Origin: Malacoraja senta
Taxonomy: Eukaryota
DNA: 64,000 nt
Assembly: GCA_038087875.1 (NCBI GenBank)
Contig: CM075996.1
Coordinates: forward strand, 4,342,001 to 4,406,000
Direction: 5' to 3'
A program made the translations under genes and the position numbers. Below the pieces are notes generated by a model. That model saw only the letters and a program-made list of their open reading frames with translations, was not told where the DNA came from and ran no database searches. Numbering within the stretch: position 1 is the stretch's first letter; each line of letters begins with the position of its first letter. Shown here piece by piece: positions 60,887-64,000 of this stretch.

Positions 60887-61944
60887 GTAAGAGGCAAATG
60901 TTGCTCTGTTTCTTCTGTGTACTGTTCTTGTCTCTATGATACGGAACTAATACGCAGGTACAGGGGAAGATGCAGATAAAAGATTTACAAGGATAGAATG
61001 GAATGCAAACGTATTTGTGCAAAGAGGAAACTGAGGTGAGCCTGATAAAGATCCCGAAAATGATGAAGGGGTTTGAAGGGGGACATATATAGACATGTTT
61101 TCATTTGTCGGGAATAAGGGAACAAGCTGCCATTAATATAAAATCTTTATTACTAAATACGAATTCAAGAGGAAAAAAATCCTCATTTAGACACCGATGA
61201 GAATGTGGAACTCCTTAACACATCGTGGGGTTAATCCAAAAACATGGATGCGTTTAGGCAGGAGACAGCGAGATAATGATAGGGAAAGAAACATTGATTA
61301 GGTGGGATTATAAATGGGCTTTCACAGTAGATCTCTGAATGCAGCATTTGGTGAATTAGGCGAGTATATATTTATTTTCACAAAGTTTATCCGTAGTTAA
61401 TAGTCAAAGTTATTAACTTTTACTGATAAATTGTGTTGCTGCAGCTTGTAGTTTCATGTCAAAGTGACTGGTGTGAGTTCCTTTCAATAATGATGTGAGG
61501 GATGTATCCTTACATTAAATAAAGTACCTTGAGTGGGGGCTTCCTTTCTAATTATAATATTTTCATTGCAGTCAAGACTAGACTAGAGCTGTTTGAGTAT
61601 GTAAAAAGGAACGGAAGAAAAATCATAGATTTTACACAGTGGATTTCGGAGTGCAGTGGCTTCAGCGTGTAGGCTTAGGTGAGTGAGGGCTTTGGTAATG
61701 GGAGTCCGTGGCATCTTCTCAACACTGATCTTTGGTTGGACAGTGCGGCAGTGGTGCAGGTCAATTATGTAGTTGATGAGTATTTTCATTTTCATATCAA
61801 CTGTGGAAACAGATTAACTTATATTATAAGGGACCTTTTCTAAATTCAAAGTCTGGCAGATGAATCCAGTCATGCATGTGGGAATCGTAAGATGCTCGTT
61901 GCTGTTTGGATGACTACAACTGTGGAAGATGCTTCCAACCAGCG

Positions 61945-62295
61945 TGAGACAATAGACAATAGACAATAGGTGCAGGAGTAGGCCATTCGGCCCTTCGAGC
62001 CAGCAATCAGTACCCCGTTCCTGCCTTCTCCCCATATCCCCTGACTCCGCTATTTTTAAGAGCCCTATCTAGCTCTCTCTTGAAAGCATCCAGAGAACCT
62101 GCCTCCACCGCCCTCTGAGGCAGAGAATTCCGCAGACACCACTCTCTGTGAGAAAAAGTGTTTCCTCGTCTCCGTTCTAAATGGCTTACTCCTTATTCTT
62201 AAACTGTGGCCCCGGTTCTGGATTCCCCCAACATCGGGAACATGTTTCCTGCCTCTAGCGTGTCCAAGCCCTTAACAATCTTATATGTTTCAATG
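61945..62295 (-). mobile_element. CR1 LINE 3' fragment
   Basis: Near-identical to 10355-10720, with a (CTATTGT)n tail. Confidence 0.85.
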
Positions 62296-63025
62296 AGCAT
62301 TGGGTTTCAGAACTGCAGCTTCGGCTGGAGACACTCTGGTGTATCTGAGGCTGAAGGTGACACGGTTAGTAAGCTTTTAGTGGTGGTCTCCCTCAATTTA
62401 AGGAAAGGCAATTGGAGAAGCAATGGTTGATAACCAGGCAGAGGGTGGGACGCAGGCTGGTAGCCATAGGAACCTCAGAGTGCATCTCTCTCCAAAACTG
62501 TTTGTTGAAAAATGGTGAGTGAACATATCTCTGAGGAAACCAGCCTGATCCTAGATCAGTGCACACTGGTGGATTAAGCGGGTTAGAGCAGGGCAAAAGT
62601 GGGATGAAACTCAATAATAATAATAATAATAATAATATATTTTATTGTCATTGCACATAGGTGCAACGAGATTTGGTATGCATCTCAATAGAGAGTGGAA
62701 TAAACGTGTAGGAAGGAACTGCAGATGTTGGTTTGAACTGAAGATAGATACAAAAAGCTGGAGTTACTCAGCGGGTCAGGCAGCATCTCGTGCTTCTGCA
62801 GTTGTAGTCGTGAATCAAGGATGCTGTGTTGCCTCTTTGGTGTCAGGGTCGAGGATGTCATTGGCTTCCTTGAAATTGGCACCAAAGAGGATATTCTAAA
62901 GGGGCAGGGTAAAAAGCCAAAGGTTGCGATGCACATTGCTGCGACATTGATTAAAAAAGTGAGGCGAGATTTTAATACAGCAGAACTCAGTGAAAATGTA
63001 ACCTATTCTTGTATTTGTGTTTTAG

Positions 63026-63138
63026 GTTATAATGTCACTGTAAACGCATCATATGATGGTTTTGACAAAGCATCCTTTTCGACCAAAGGATGTTCCACAA
63101 GTGCTTGTGGAGGATTGGTGAAACTTCAGAATTTATTT
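63026..63138 (+). CDS. GUCY2C: Receptor guanylyl cyclase C-like, exon 2
   Basis: ttttag acceptor, GTAAGT donor, 113 nt, phase matches exon 1; GYNVTVNASYDGFDKASFSTKGCSTSACGGLVKLQNLF versus recalled human GLNVTVNATF...GDCRSSTCEGLDLLRKI. Confidence 0.8.
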
Positions 63139-63626
63139 GTAAGTATGTGGGTCAGATAAATGTAACATTTATTGAGCTGTGATCCTGTGCCAGTGTCCTG
63201 TCAGTGGGCAACAGTTACGAATAATATAGTTACTACTTCCCTATATCCCCGTCGCCCACCAACCTTTCATCATAATCCCTAATTGCATGAAAACCTATTA
63301 TATTGCAATTGCAGTTTATCCATTAGGGGGAGAGCTACACGAGACAGGTGTGTTTGAGTTTAGAGGGGGCTCTTGTTAGAGTAAACTGAAGTTTGTTTAA
63401 TCCACTTGACCTGTTCTATCTGACTGAATGCACAAAAAACAGAAGAGTTTGTGAATTACTACTCCAGAGATGTTCATTTCGGGGCTGTTTTTTTTGCACC
63501 TTTCTCTACCTTTTGGGGAAATGGATCGAGTTTGGAGCATGTCATGGCTCACAGAACTTTCAGCACACAAGTGTAAGCCTGAGAGGTGAGCATCAATAGA
63601 CTGGTCATCCTGGGGCATCACACCCA

Positions 63627-63750
63627 GGGCGGCACGGTGGCATAGCGGTAGAGCTACTGCCTTACAGTGCCAGGGACCCGGGTTGGATCCTGACTACAGG
63701 TGCTGTCTGTACAGAGTCTGTGCGTTCTCCCCGTGACCTGCATGTAGGTA
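63627..63750 (+). mobile_element. V-SINE (HE1-like) 5' part, interrupted by another repeat that runs off the right edge
   Basis: GGGCGGCACGGTGGCATAGCGGTAGAG (A box), GGTTGGATCC (B box) and core. Confidence 0.8.
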
Positions 63751-64000
63751 TGTTACAATACTTACCTTCAGCGGCACTGCAATTCTGCCACTGGCCGTGT
63801 GCACGATTTTGGCGCCTTTAATGGGGGGGGGGGGGGGCGGGGTTAAAACGCGGGTTTCTCCTACCTTGTCCTGGTTAATATTTCGTTGGAGTGCAAGCGT
63901 TTGCTGAAAAATCGTTCCGACGGGCGTTTTGTGTATTTTTTATTTTTATTCGATCGACAATGTCAGCGCTGGAGTCATTTTTAAATCAGCTTCTGAAGCC

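Noticed and set aside
61583..61795. 70-aa minus-strand ORF in intron 1 of the GC-C-like gene
   Set aside because: No recognisable homology or supporting splice structure; length is within chance.

Overview
Repeat-rich vertebrate genomic DNA. The repeat content (HE1/V-SINE-like SINEs, HER1/CR1-like LINE ends, Penelope-derived repeats) suggests a cartilaginous fish, probably a skate; this is inference. Three spliced genes were reconstructed by hand. (1) The 5' part of UBN2 on the minus strand: 6 coding exons from 16929 down to ~2002, continuing off the left edge. (2) A complete 18-exon TTC26/IFT56 on the minus strand, 52303 to 20057, 1665 nt = 554 aa + stop, all introns GT-AG with matching phases. 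(3) The first two exons of a GUCY2C-like receptor guanylyl cyclase on the plus strand (60679-60886, 63026-63138). Gene names rest on my recall of the human proteins, not on a database search. The main finding is a ~140-bp retroposon present twice (22942-23080 + and 55531-55673 -), each copy with an ~11-bp target-site duplication. Its first 54 nt fold by eye into a complete minimal HDV/CPEB3-like ribozyme whose predicted cleavage site is the element's 5' end, followed by a 3' stem-loop and an (AAG)n tail. In addition, about 20 copies of a Penelope-derived repeat carry intact or decayed minimal hammerhead-like cores. Most ORFs in the supplied track are spurious or repeat-derived. Repeat boundaries are approximate unless a TSD or TIR is cited.
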